A stretch of 62,854 nt of DNA, filler included, from Nemertoderma westbladi (lineage: Eukaryota; Animalia; Xenacoelomorpha), in assembly GCA_032718475.1 (NCBI GenBank). It is 3 parts of 3 records of this genome, joined end to end, with 100 filler letters (N's around TTAATTAATTAA, not from the genome) between each part and the next. Parts side by side here need not be neighbours in the genome. Positions count along the whole stretch, not along the records: positions 31,598 to 56,234 come from JAUCBJ010008620.1; positions 56,335 to 62,854 come from JAUCBJ010005977.1; 1 more part is not named here. One strand, written 5' to 3'. Below are positions 49,042-59,655 of this stretch, piece after piece. Each line of letters begins with the position of its first letter. The first letter of the stretch is position 1. The translations under genes were made by a program, and so were the position numbers. The notes beneath the pieces are model-generated. The model was given only the letters and a program-made list of their open reading frames with translations, was not told the origin of the DNA and made no database searches.

Positions 49042-51447
49042 TCAGTTCATCCCCCCTGACTTTGGGAACCACCTCAAGTCTTTCCCTTTGCCGTCCTCCT
49101 CCCTGGGTCGTTTCCTGGTCACTACCGCTCCTCTGGGATCCGCTTTCTGTCTTCGGACCCTCGCCGCCACCTCCTTACTGATCCCGGTCGTTGGCTCCCT
49201 GGGTGCTGGTGTTATCAGCTCCCGATATCGCTTCGCGGGTGGCCCCTCCAAGTGGCCCTGTTGTCTCCCCCTGGTGGCGTCCCATATGATCATCTTCATT
49301 GCCCGCAGCATGTGCTCCGCCAGGAAATCCCTAAACTCCCCTCGGTTCTGTGGCGTCCACCTGTCCAAATACCTTCGTGTATTCATCACCCCGGCATACG
49401 ACGCAGCCGTTGCTACCTCTTGATAGGTAAACGGTAGCCTCCGCTTTATGATTTCCATGTGAGCCTCCTGATTGATAAGGAAGAAACCCCACTTGAACTC
49501 CTGGGCCTTCATGCGCTGGCGCGTCATGGCCCCGACGTCAGCCCACTCCTCGAATCTTCTGAACTTCTCTTCGTCGTCCATCCAGTCGTACTGGCGTCCG
49601 TAGTGTCCCCGAAAGTTGCACTTCGGACATCGGTTATGCAACTGTGGACACGCCCCCATCCTGTGGCTCGACTCGCGGCAGTAGAGACAAAAGGTTCCCT
49701 TTTGGAACCGGTACAAACAGCTCCTTTCCTGGTGGGTCTGTCTCCCACAGTAGTCGCAACCGAGTACCAATGTCTCCCGCCCCACGTAGTCTTTCGTCCC
49801 AAGCGATCTCCGCGGTCTGTGGAGTCGCTGGTAGGCGAACTTCTGCACGTTGGTGTCCCTGTCTACGTCGATCTCTCCGCCCCTCTCGGGCATCGTCTCC
49901 CCGAATACTACCCGTGGTGCCGTCCCCGGTTGCTCGCCCAACCTGATAGTGCTCCCCGCGAAATCCATCGCCGGCTCCTCGTGCACCCAGGCCCGCTTGT
50001 CGGGTCTATCCCAGAAGGCCCTCGCCCCACTGGCCGTCACCACCCTCCCGCCAACCCAGTCCGTGTCCGAGTGGCCAATCCTCTCGATGGGCGGCACCCC
50101 TCCGAACTCGTCGTCGTCTTCCTCCTCCTCTGGCAGTGGCTCCAACCCCGGTATCCCGATGGATCCACTATGTCCCTTTCCGCCTTGGCTCTCGCCCGTA
50201 GCTCTCCATCCCTCTAGCTCCCTTAGCTTCCTTGGCGGTTGGTCGCCTTCGGCGCCCGCTGGTATGGGCATCGCTTGCAACCCCGACGTCGACTGTTTCG
50301 GCGATCCCACCGTCCATCCCAATTCTCGCCCTAGAGACTCCCCCGAACTCCCTGATGAAGTCCAACGAAGTTCGTCTAAGCCTGCCTGTTCCTCGAAGCC
50401 GTAACTCTGCGTCCTGGCCTCCTCCTCCCTCTCCTCTGCTTCTATCCTCTCCCGTCTAGCGACTTCTTCCAGTCGCTTTGCTTCTCGTCTATCCGTCTCT
50501 AGCTGCTCCCATCTCTGATACGGCGTATCTGTCTCCCCGTCTATCAGATGTCGGCTGTTGTAGTACACCGACTCGCCCTTCAGCCCCGGGTGGTCTACCA
50601 GACCGTCGAAGGCCGTTTTAAAGGCTCTCCTGTAGCTTAGGGGTGATCCCAATAACAGAAATGCCGCTGGTTCCCTCTCGATAACCACGATCATGAATAA
50701 GTTAAGCAAACTTATCATCATCCAATCTTCCTGCAGGATATATCGCTTCTGATATACCTTTATCGCTCCTCTGCGGAATTGATATACCTCCTGCTTTCCC
50801 GGTCTCGCTCCCCACTTTAGCGAGTTCGCTAGTTCTGCTCCATATTCCTCCCTGAACTTCCCCCAGTCCATCGGTTTGTGGCATACGAGCCCCAATAGTT
50901 GGCCCATTGCCACCGCCCCGCATTGGCCTGTGTTCCCGACTACCCCCAACCCATCTGGTGCCGTCATAGCCATGAAGACCTTCTGCATATCCAGGAGGTT
51001 GGTGGCGTCCGGACCGATGATTCTCTCCGCATCCTCGCGAATCGCCGATCCCACTTTCGTCGTCGACTTCTCTCTTACCAAGACTTGCACCGCTTTTGGC
51101 AACCGGTTTAATTTCGGCCCGTCCTTCTTCCCATACGTTCCTAGATCGAATAAGAAGATGTCCCCATTTGGCGCGGCCAAATGCAGGAGTATGGTCCTGG
51201 CCGACCCCGCTGATCCTCGTCTCGAACCCTCCTCGTCTTCCACGGTTCCCTCGTCGTCTAGGATCATATATCCTCCCCTGTTGACGGACTCTATGAATCT
51301 CTTCCAATCCTTCCTCGGTGACTCCCTCGGGTACTTCTGAATCCCGAACTTCGCCTCGTCCCCTTTCACCACGTAGTGGAAGTGTTGGAAGATCGCGTTG
51401 TCCAGCGACGGCGTGCCGTAGGTCCCGACCAGCCGCTGTTCGTGCAT
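49042..51447 (-). CDS. Retrotransposon accessory protein: DEDDy-type 3'-5' exonuclease-like domain + acidic/coiled linker + CCHC zinc knuckles (probable original start at 51606)
   Basis: ILDDEG (ExoI), LLHLAAPNGDIFLFDL, LPKAVQVLVREKSTTKVGSAIREDAERI (ExoII), NLLDMQ, KWGARP, QKRYILQED (ExoIII-like). Knuckles CDYCGRQTHQERSC, CLYCRESSHRMGAC and CPKCNFRGH. Confidence 0.8.
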   Translation of the reverse strand: MHEQRLVGTYGTPSLDNAIFQHFHYVVKGDEAKFGIQKYPRESPRKDWKRFIESVNRGGYMILDDEGTVEDEEGSRRGSAGSARTILLHLAAPNGDIFLFDLGTYGKKDGPKLNRLPKAVQVLVREKSTTKVGSAIREDAERIIGPDATNLLDMQKVFMAMTAPDGLGVVGNTGQCGAVAMGQLLGLVCHKPMDWGKFREEYGAELANSLKWGARPGKQEVYQFRRGAIKVYQKRYILQEDWMMISLLNLFMIVVIEREPAAFLLLGSPLSYRRAFKTAFDGLVDHPGLKGESVYYNSRHLIDGETDTPYQRWEQLETDRREAKRLEEVARRERIEAEEREEEARTQSYGFEEQAGLDELRWTSSGSSGESLGRELGWTVGSPKQSTSGLQAMPIPAGAEGDQPPRKLRELEGWRATGESQGGKGHSGSIGIPGLEPLPEEEEDDDEFGGVPPIERIGHSDTDWVGGRVVTASGARAFWDRPDKRAWVHEEPAMDFAGSTIRLGEQPGTAPRVVFGETMPERGGEIDVDRDTNVQKFAYQRLHRPRRSLGTKDYVGRETLVLGCDYCGRQTHQERSCLYRFQKGTFCLYCRESSHRMGACPQLHNRCPKCNFRGHYGRQYDWMDDEEKFRRFEEWADVGAMTRQRMKAQEFKWGFFLINQEAHMEIIKRRLPFTYQEVATAASYAGVMNTRRYLDRWTPQNRGEFRDFLAEHMLRAMKMIIWDATRGRQQGHLEGPPAKRYRELITPAPREPTTGISKEVAARVRRQKADPRGAVVTRKRPREEDGKGKDLRWFPKSGGMN

Positions 51448-52082
51448 CTCCCGGAAGTGATCCTGCAGCGCTCATGCCGCGTGACCCTTTTCCAACCTCT
51501 CGTAGTATCCTCTCGTCTTCTCTTCCGGATGCCTCTCGGTGAAATCCACCAGTATCTCCTTTCCTCCTGACTCCGCCTTTCTCTTTCTGATCAATTTGCT
51601 CGCCATTCCGAACACTCACTCGCTCACCTGTAAGGTGGTGTCTTACCAATGCGCAATACAGATGAGTGATGTATCTAAGATGTTCTGTACGGTCCGATAA
51701 TGGCCTATTTCCTATCTAATGGCGCCTTTTAGTCTAAATTCTTACTATTTAATTCCCTAGCTAATAAATGAGCCTAATTTACAATTTCTGTCCGTTACTT
51801 TAATTATGTTCCAGAATTTTCTTATCGCTGTTACCATAATTTGTAATTCTTAGCCCTTTTTCTTATTTATTCTAATTTATTTTAACCCTACTGTCTTACC
51901 ACTTGCTACTGCCTATGGATTATTCTATCTCCTAATCCACATTCTGGCCTACTCTGTGGGCCTGTGCAGTACAGCAGTATATGTCGCGCGGCCTACACGA
52001 TCTATACAACTGTACTCATATGCCCCCCTCTCGCTACTAACTGCTAATTAATATCTATATTATATACCCTTCTACCTCTTAC

Positions 52083-52545
52083 TCTCTCTCTAACTAACGG
52101 TACTACGTACCCTCTAACTCTCTAACTAACGGTACTACGTACCCTCTAACTCTCTAACTAACGGTACTACGTACCCTCTAACTCTCTAACTAACTAACAG
52201 TACTACGTACCCTTTAACTCTTTAACTAGCGGTACTACGTACCCTCTAACTCTTCTCTAACTAACGGTACTACGTACCCTCTAACTCTCTAACTAACGGT
52301 ACTACGTACCCTCTAACTCTCTAACTAACTAACGGTATTACATACCCTCTAACTCTCTAACTAGCGGTACTACATACCCTCTAACTCTTCTCTATCTAAC
52401 GGTACTATGTACCCTCTAACTCTCTAACTAACGGTACTACGTGCCCTCTAACTCTCTCCTAACTAGCGGTACTACGTACCCTCTAGCTCTCTCCTAACTA
52501 ACGGCACTACGTACCTCCTAACTAACTAAGTAACTCTAGATACTA
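52083..52545. repeat. Minisatellite inside the retrotransposon, ~32-36-bp unit TAACTAACGGTACTACGTACCCTCTAACTCTC, about 13 copies
   Basis: Direct inspection; lies between the pol stop and the accessory ORF. Confidence 0.93.
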
Positions 52546-52708
52546 CGTATCTTCTTACTGACTAACTTCTGCCTACTAACTGCGTACCTACTATGTACTA
52601 TTATTTTATTTTTATTTTCTATTTTTTATGTGTGGGAAAGGGCGTCTCGCCCTCAATCCCACCCCCCTCAGTCCAAAACTTGGACGACTAAACTCTTCTC
52701 TAACTCCA

Positions 52709-55700
52709 CTAAGGTGCCCCTTCTAACAGACAGCATTTCCCTACAGCTCTCCTGTAGGTTTTTCTGTCCTTCGCACCTATCTTACCACCTATCCGCATTT
52801 CTACCGATCGGACTCTTCCGTCTTCGTCGGAGTAAGTGCCTACAACTCTCGCCAACCGCCATTGGTTGTTGATGAAAGTATCATCCGTAACGATTACGAG
52901 ATCTCCCTCTCTTAACTCTCTATTCGGCTTCCTCCCCTTGCTTCTTTTATGGAGCGTGGGTAGGTATTCTTCTACCCACCTCCTCCAATACTCTGCGCTT
53001 ATTGCTTTAGCGACTTTCCAACTCTGGCGGGAGTGTATGTCATCTAGGTCTACACCCCGCATGTCGATGGTCGCTGGCCTTTCCATTAGAAAATGGCTGG
53101 GTGTCAGCACATCTAATGACTCAGGGTCATCATTCTCCGGATATAGCGGTCTACTATTAATGATCCCCTCGCACTTCGCAAGCACTGTCCTTAAGACGTC
53201 CTCAGTGACCATGTGGGTGTTCATTAGCTTCGTCATTAGACGCTTTGAACTGCCCACCAGTCTCTCGACGCATCCTAGTGTATGTGGTGCATACGGCGTC
53301 CTTCTCTCCCACTTTACTTGTCGTCGTCTCATGGCCGCCCTGACTTCCTCCCCTTCCAAGATGTCCAAGGCCTCTGCCATCTCATTCTCTGCTCCCACAA
53401 AGTTGGTTCCGCTGTCGGAGTACATTACTGCGATCGTCCCACCTTTGCGGTCTCTGAATCTATCTAATGCATTAATGAATGCTGATGCGGTTGCATCTTG
53501 GGCGAGTTCTATCCCTACCGCCCGCGTGTTGTTACATACGAAGATGATACCGTAGCGTTTCTCCGTGTGCCGCATCACCTTGATCTTTATCGGCCCGAAC
53601 ATGTCCACACCGCAATGTGTAAATGGCGGGTCGTGCTGTCTTACTCTACTCGCCGGTAGTGGCGCCATCTCTTGTATGGCTCGCTCCTTCTTCGCTCGTC
53701 GGCAGGTCTGGCACTGCCCCACTACCGCTTTTACCTTCTTCCTCAACTGCTTGACCCAAAAGGTCCTCCTTATCTCCGTGAGAGTTCTGTTGGTGCCCCC
53801 GTGCAATATCGACTTATGGGAGTCCCAGATAATCTGGTGGACTATTGGCGATCCTGTGGGAATGATGATGGGTTTCGGTGGTACGATTATGCTGTTGTTG
53901 TATCCCACCCTAGAATTCATTACTAGAATCCCGTCATCATTAAGTTGTGGCGACAGCGTGATCAGCTCGCTGTCCTGTCGAAGGTGCTGTTGGTTACCGA
54001 TGCGTTCCACCTCGTCGCCATAGTTCTTCCGTTGTTCATAGCGGATGACTGCCTTGGCCGCTCCTTCCAGATCTATGGTTGTCCTGATCTTCTTGTCTTT
54101 GCCAACTCCCGCGAGGAAATTCCCGAAGGCTCTCCAGTACGCCACTAATTTCTTGGTCTTATACCAACTAGAGCTGTAGCTGAGGAGTTTATCTGTCGGG
54201 TTATCGCACAGTTCTTCTGATTTAGGTTGCACGTCCCTTATCTCCCTCACCATCTGGGAGTATATCTCTTCTCCCTCTGAATCTCCCTCTTCTCCTTCTG
54301 ACACTACCTCTCCTGAGTCCGGGTCCACCTTTCTCATCGGCGGCCAGGCCTCCTTGTCGCTCAGAAACTGCGGCCCGTGTTGCCACAATCTTTCCTTTTT
54401 TAAGAAAGTGTGGCGTGCCACGCCCCGTGATAACAAGTCCGCTGGGTTCTCATCCGTTGGGCAGTAGTGCCACCTTTCCAATTCTGTGGTCGCCCTTATC
54501 TCGTCCACCCTGTTCGCGACGAATATTGGGTATCTCGTCCTTTCGTTATGTAGCCAACCAAGCACTACCATGGAGTCCGTCCAGTAGTGTGTCTCCACTA
54601 TGTTGGGAATAGTATCCACTAGGTAGGCTGTGGCTCTAACTCCTAGTCTCGCTGCTGTCAATTCTAACTTGGGAACTGATGCTGAATCTGGCGGCGTTGA
54701 CTTTGCTTTGCTAAAGGCCAGTCTGGGCTTGTGAGCCCCCTCTCGTTGTACTAAATAGAGTACCGCTCCGTACGCCTCCAACGACGCATCGGAGAACATG
54801 TGTAGGTCCAGATTCGTCATGTTCCCATCCGGGAAATACACTCGTGGCATGTCGTATGTTCCCATCTTCTCCAATTCTCCTGTCCACTTACTCCACTGTT
54901 TCTTGATTTCCTCTGGTACCTCTACGTCCCACTCATCCTTCAATTTGTATACTCTCTTGAGTATCTGTTTCCCCGTGACTAATAATGGGGATGCTAGGCC
55001 TAGGGGATCGTATATCCTTGCTATATACGATACATAGCCCCTCTTCGTGTGGATGTCTGCGCCCTCCTGGCTCAGCTGATACTTCAGTTCGTCTGTCTCT
55101 CTGTTCCACACGATTCCCAATGCCTTCTGTTGAGATTCTGTTCTCTTGTTCGCCATGTCCTGCCCTTTGGCTGTTGTGGGATTATCTATGGTCGATTCTG
55201 GTCTCTTGTCCTCTATCGCCTTGATAAATTCTTCCGAACTGGATTGGAATTTGGTCAGGTTAAAGCTGGATCCTTTTAGGATGTCGCGAACCTTGCGCCC
55301 TGTGTCCAGTATCTCCTTAACCGTATTTCCAGACTCCATTCCGTCATCTACGTAGAAGCCGCGTCGAATCATATCGACGGCCCTAGTGCTGTATCTATCT
55401 TCCTTCCCCTTCACTGTATCTCTCACTGCCATAGTCGTCGTAAATGAAGACGACTTGGCTCCCATGTTTTGTACTACCATCTTATATGCAGGTATTATCG
55501 ACGGTTCTTCCTCGCCGTTGTACCATAAGAAGCGTTGACTGTCGCTATCTTCCTCCGTTACACGGACTTGGTTGAACATGCCTTCTATGTCACACGTGAA
55601 GGCGTGTTTCCCATTCCTAAATCTAAGTAGGACCTCTATGCCCGAGTTGTATATGTTTGGACCTTCTAACAGATAGTCGTTTAAGCATTTTCCGTTGGTC

Positions 55701-56234
55701 TTTGCCGATGCGTCAACTACCATCCGCAGTTTACCTTTCTTTGGGTCTAAAGCCACGTGGAGTGGCAGGTAATATGTCCTGTCCGTGTTCGGTTCATCGA
55801 CCGGTAACTCCACGGCCCATCCTTTCTCGACGTACTTCTTAATCGTTCTGTGGATGTACTCATTCTTCTCGGGGCTCCGTTTTAGTGTTTGTTTCAGCTT
55901 GCGGAGTCTCGTGAGTACCATCCCTCTATTATTGGGCAGTGGTATCTTCGGTAGTTTCCATACCATTCCTATGGTGTACCGCCCCTCGTCGCACTTCATA
56001 GACTCCTCTACGCTCTGCTGAGCCTGTTTGTCTTCCACCGAGGTCCCGACCCCGGTCTCCTTTAATCCTTCAAAATCCTGTCTGAGCAGTCTTTTAAGTT
56101 GCTCCTCTGCTCTCTCATCACTCATTTCCTGCATAATTCCCGCGAACATGCATCCTGATGTCTCCGACATCCTAAATGGTATCTTGATCTTGATTGGGCC
56201 ACTTAGCGTCCACCCGAATGGTGTCAGTATCGCC
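52709..56234 (-). CDS. pol: BEL/Pao Pol polyprotein (RT, RNase H, integrase, C-terminal DUF5641-like); open to the gap
   Basis: YYLPLH..KLRMVVDAS..LNDYLLEGP, FYVDD, LHMFSDASLEAYGAVLY, NPADLLSRG, H..LHGG..C..C, GVDMFGP, SDSGTNF and YWRRWVEEYLPTL; no stops. Confidence 0.97.
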
Positions 56235-56334
56235 NNNNNNNNNNNNNNNNNNNNNNNNNNNNNNNNNNNNNNNNNNNNTTAATTAATTAANNNNNNNNNN
56301 NNNNNNNNNNNNNNNNNNNNNNNNNNNNNNNNNN
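56235..56334. other. Assembly gap with TTAATTAATTAA linker
   Basis: N-run / linker / N-run. Confidence 0.97.
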
Positions 56335-56854
56335 AATATACAAGTACAGTAGTAATCAGTCCAATTAGTTAGTGTATCCAACAGTCAGCCAATAAGGCCC
56401 AGTGTATGCAGCCATCCCAGTGTAGTGTAATTGCGACTATGATTTTAATTAAGCGTCTGCCAGGATGTTAATCAGCAAAAAAGAAACAGGTCTGCTCTAA
56501 TATCAGCATAACAGCAGAATGAGATTCCAGCCAGGCCGTACATAGCAGTTCCAAAGTTGCTGGTTAACAACCAATAAAAAGCTGCCATTTTGCTCTGTTT
56601 ACATTTTTCATAAAGGGATTGAGAATTCAGAAAGTGAAAAATAGCATCTATTGGTTGATTACTTTAGGTGTATACCAGAACCAGACATGGCGGGGCGTGT
56701 GGAGTAGTGGACAGAGCTTGGCTGCAATAAAAATGCTCATTTTAGGACGCAAAAGCTCTAATTACAATATTTTAAGTATAGGCCTATTATTAACTATTAC
56801 CGTGACTGCAAAAATATAATGAATATTATTTTCAATTTTGAAGTTGCATTCATA

Positions 56855-57308
56855 GGCCCTACTGTTAGGCTATTCATATCCCTGATTTTAATGTTTGAAC
56901 TTCCAGCGCAATTTCCCACTTAATTAAAATTTTCCGATCTTTGCGTGTTTAGGAACATACAGTACATGGCCCATGTGAAGAATACCAGACTTTCTGCCGT
57001 TATATTTCACTTTGCAATTACCCCCATGTGAAGAATACCACGTTTCACCAAAACCACCGGTTACAGAAGGGCTGAATCTAACCAAAACAATAAACCAATT
57101 AGTATATGTACAGGTTATAAGGCAGAAATAAGCGCTATAAAACACTTAATAAAGACATATATATATTTATTTGTTTTTCTCAATTTCTATGAAATTTTGA
57201 GAGACTCTAGAATAACAAATGGTGCATGTTTTGTTTTGTTTTACAATCATCAACCAGAATTAAATTTGTAAAAACCAGTGAAACTGGGTAAATTAGCCAC
57301 TGAGGGCC
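56855..57308. mobile_element. MITE with GGCCCT termini and TA flanks
   Basis: ta|ggccctactgttaggcta ... tagccactgagggcc|ta. Confidence 0.45.
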
Positions 57309-57830
57309 TAGTGAATATTTTTCCCTACGTGTTGTAGTTAATGTACACACCGCTGACGTGCGCTATATACCACGGAATAATACTGTAAATATAGATAGAT
57401 ATTTAGTATATACACACAGTGTACTTTATTTAGTATTCCATGGGTAAATACTGCATACTGTATCTCTAAATTGCAGGAGTGAGCGTTAAAGTGTTATCTA
57501 AATTAAAGCAAGACCAGTGAATGATTTGTGATTATTGTTGACAAATTATTACTGAACCAAATGCAGCAATATCAATAAAGTGTGTATCGCTAGCACTGTA
57601 TACCAGTATACTGTACGCGTACTGTAAAGCTGTGTACCCCCCCCCCCCCCCCCCCCCCATGCATATGCTTGCCTAATTAATTGCATTATTGCTATTCAGC
57701 TATAGTAGTACAATACAGCAGTAATACGGTATTTTATTTTGTTAGGCCTAGTAAAAGTAGGGACTAATAAAAACAGTAGTATTTGTTTAATAAATACAAT
57801 TTACGCAATAAAATAATACTGAAATATCAA

Positions 57831-58802
57831 ATGAAGTTCTTTATTGAAATTGTAACCTGGAACGTGGCTATGCAACTCCCTAATGAAACCCTTAATGAAT
57901 TACTTCTGAACAGAAACTCAGAAAATGAAGCCGATTTGATAGCAGTTGGATTACAAGAATACCAAGTGTTTCCAGTGAACCAGATCTCCCAAATGATAGA
58001 CTGGGACCCTTGGACAGGCGCCTGTATGCAGGCCTTACGTCGGAGAAAATATGTACTCGTTAGACAAGTGAAACTCTTAGGGATGTTACTAAATATATTC
58101 CTGCGACAAACACACATCCCTTATATGTGCGAGATGGCCACGTCTTCCGTTAACCTCCTGCAGTGGCTCCGTCCGACTAGCAATAAAGGCAGCGTTATAT
58201 TCGCGTGTTCGCTCTACGGCCAACCCGTATGCTTGGTCAACTGTCACCTACCCCCAGGTCCTAGCAACTGGGACAGCCGAAATGATTCCTACCAAGTTAT
58301 TAAGGATACAACTCTTAAAGGGCGGACTATTCTCGATCATAACATTGTTTTCTGGTTCGGTGACTTGAATTATAGAATTCACACATTGGGTAACGAAATT
58401 GTAAGAAAAGAAGTCTCATCCAAGGATTATCGCAACCTTATAGAGAGCGATCAATTATTAGTCTCAATGAATATGGGCAGCGCATTTTGTGGGTTTAGCG
58501 AAGGTCCGATAGTTTTCCAACCGACTTACAAGTACGACATAGATACGGACAGGTTTGACACGAGTGATAAAAAGAGGATTCCAGCGTACTGCGACAGAAT
58601 TCTGTTCTTGGATAAACTCGGTATTGTTTCACTAAAGGAATACAAATCATTTATGAGTTACAAACACAGCGACCACAAACCCGTGCGTGCTCGGTTCTCG
58701 GTGGTGTTTGAAACGGCGTCGCAGACACCTGTTGTTACGTTCTCACGGTTGAGTTACTGGTTCAACTCTTTGAATCTCGATGTGTTTTACAATATAACCC
58801 AG
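57831..58802 (+). CDS. INPP5K: Inositol polyphosphate 5-phosphatase K/J-like, exon 1 (catalytic domain)
   Basis: VTWNVA, AVGLQE, NKGSV, VNCHLP, WFGDLNYRI, PTYKYD, PAYCDRIL and SDHKPV. Phase-0 donor CAG|GTAATT at 58803. Confidence 0.9.
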
Positions 58803-58909
58803 GTAATTTCGGTTCACTTTTCTGGACAGCTTTATGCACATATATAACGCTACTAGTTATATATACCGCAGTTAACTTAATAATGTTTCTATCGTTTCTA
58901 CTTTTCTAG

Positions 58910-59197
58910 GATGACTATCTTACATCTTCATGGGATTGGATCGCCCTATATAAAATCGACTTCAACAGCCCCAAGGATTACCTCGCCTACTCTTATTGCA
59001 ACACATCCAAAGAAACATTTGGAATCTACAGATATCATACAATTATACAAGAAAACAAACTCCCTTCTAATGTCGGATTGTATTTGTTAGGTTACTATAG
59101 CTACGCGAAGCAGTCTATATTGGGATTGAGTGACCCTTTCCAATTGTTATCACCTAATGGTGTTTCCCACGCAATGGAGTTAATGTCTTTGTGTTAA
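58910..59197 (+). CDS. INPP5K: Inositol polyphosphate 5-phosphatase K/J-like, exon 2 (SKICH domain)
   Basis: Acceptor cttttctag|, in frame: SSWDWIALYK..DYLAY..YLLGYYS..ILGLSDPFQ, the SKICH signature. Total 419 aa. Confidence 0.88.
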   Translation, partial: DDYLTSSWDWIALYKIDFNSPKDYLAYSYCNTSKETFGIYRYHTIIQENKLPSNVGLYLLGYYSYAKQSILGLSDPFQLLSPNGVSHAMELMSLC

Positions 59198-59397
59198 TTG
59201 GAAGTCGAGACACCTAAGATTGCTATAACTAACTCACAGGGCTAATATCGACCTACTATTCTATACCTATATATTTCATAGACAATGCTAGACTAATCTA
59301 TGACGAATACCAGGTTTTCCCATTTGGATCGGACTCGGAAAGTCATTGAAAATTTATATTGTCATTTATATATGAAGAATAGACCAGCAGCAGCAAC

Positions 59398-59655
59398 TTG
59401 GTCTATTGGTGACATTCATGAGGTTCCAATCGGGAGGCCCTGGTTCAATCCCTCGATTGGGCAGCACTATTTGGGCACAGTGCTATAAATTCTGCAGCCT
59501 AGCCCAACCTTGGCTTTCATCCTTCACTGGTCGATAAATGAGAACCAAGGCAACTTGGGAAACAGAGTGGAAGGGTTTACTGTGAAAGATTACCCATGGT
59601 GGTGAACAGGCATTCCTTGGCTTAAACAGCCTAAAAGGTTCTCCCATTCAACTTA
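59398..59655 (+). mobile_element. Nin/Deu-domain tRNA SINE
   Basis: A box TGGTCTATTGG, B box GGTTCAATCCC, Nin-like gcccaaccttggctttcatcctt...ggtcgataaatgagaacc, and an aactt tail. Confidence 0.75.

Larger units (their letters stand above)
47800..56234 (-). mobile_element. BEL/Pao LTR retrotransposon with an extra ORF (5' part lost in gap)
   Basis: Co-oriented pol, tandem repeat, accessory ORF, PPT and LTR. Confidence 0.92.

Noticed and set aside
49042-51447. env gene
   Set aside because: No N-terminal signal peptide, no C-terminal TM anchor and no Cys-rich ectodomain; the motifs fit an exonuclease and zinc knuckles.
52083-52545. CRISPR-like array beside a nuclease gene
   Set aside because: Units abut directly with no unique spacers.
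48977-56021. Many overlapping or antisense ORFs, including 50702-51649
   Set aside because: Shadow frames of GC-rich coding sequence with no recognisable domains.
56924-57145. Possible exon on the minus strand
   Set aside because: Lies within a MITE-like element and has internal direct repeats; no homology.
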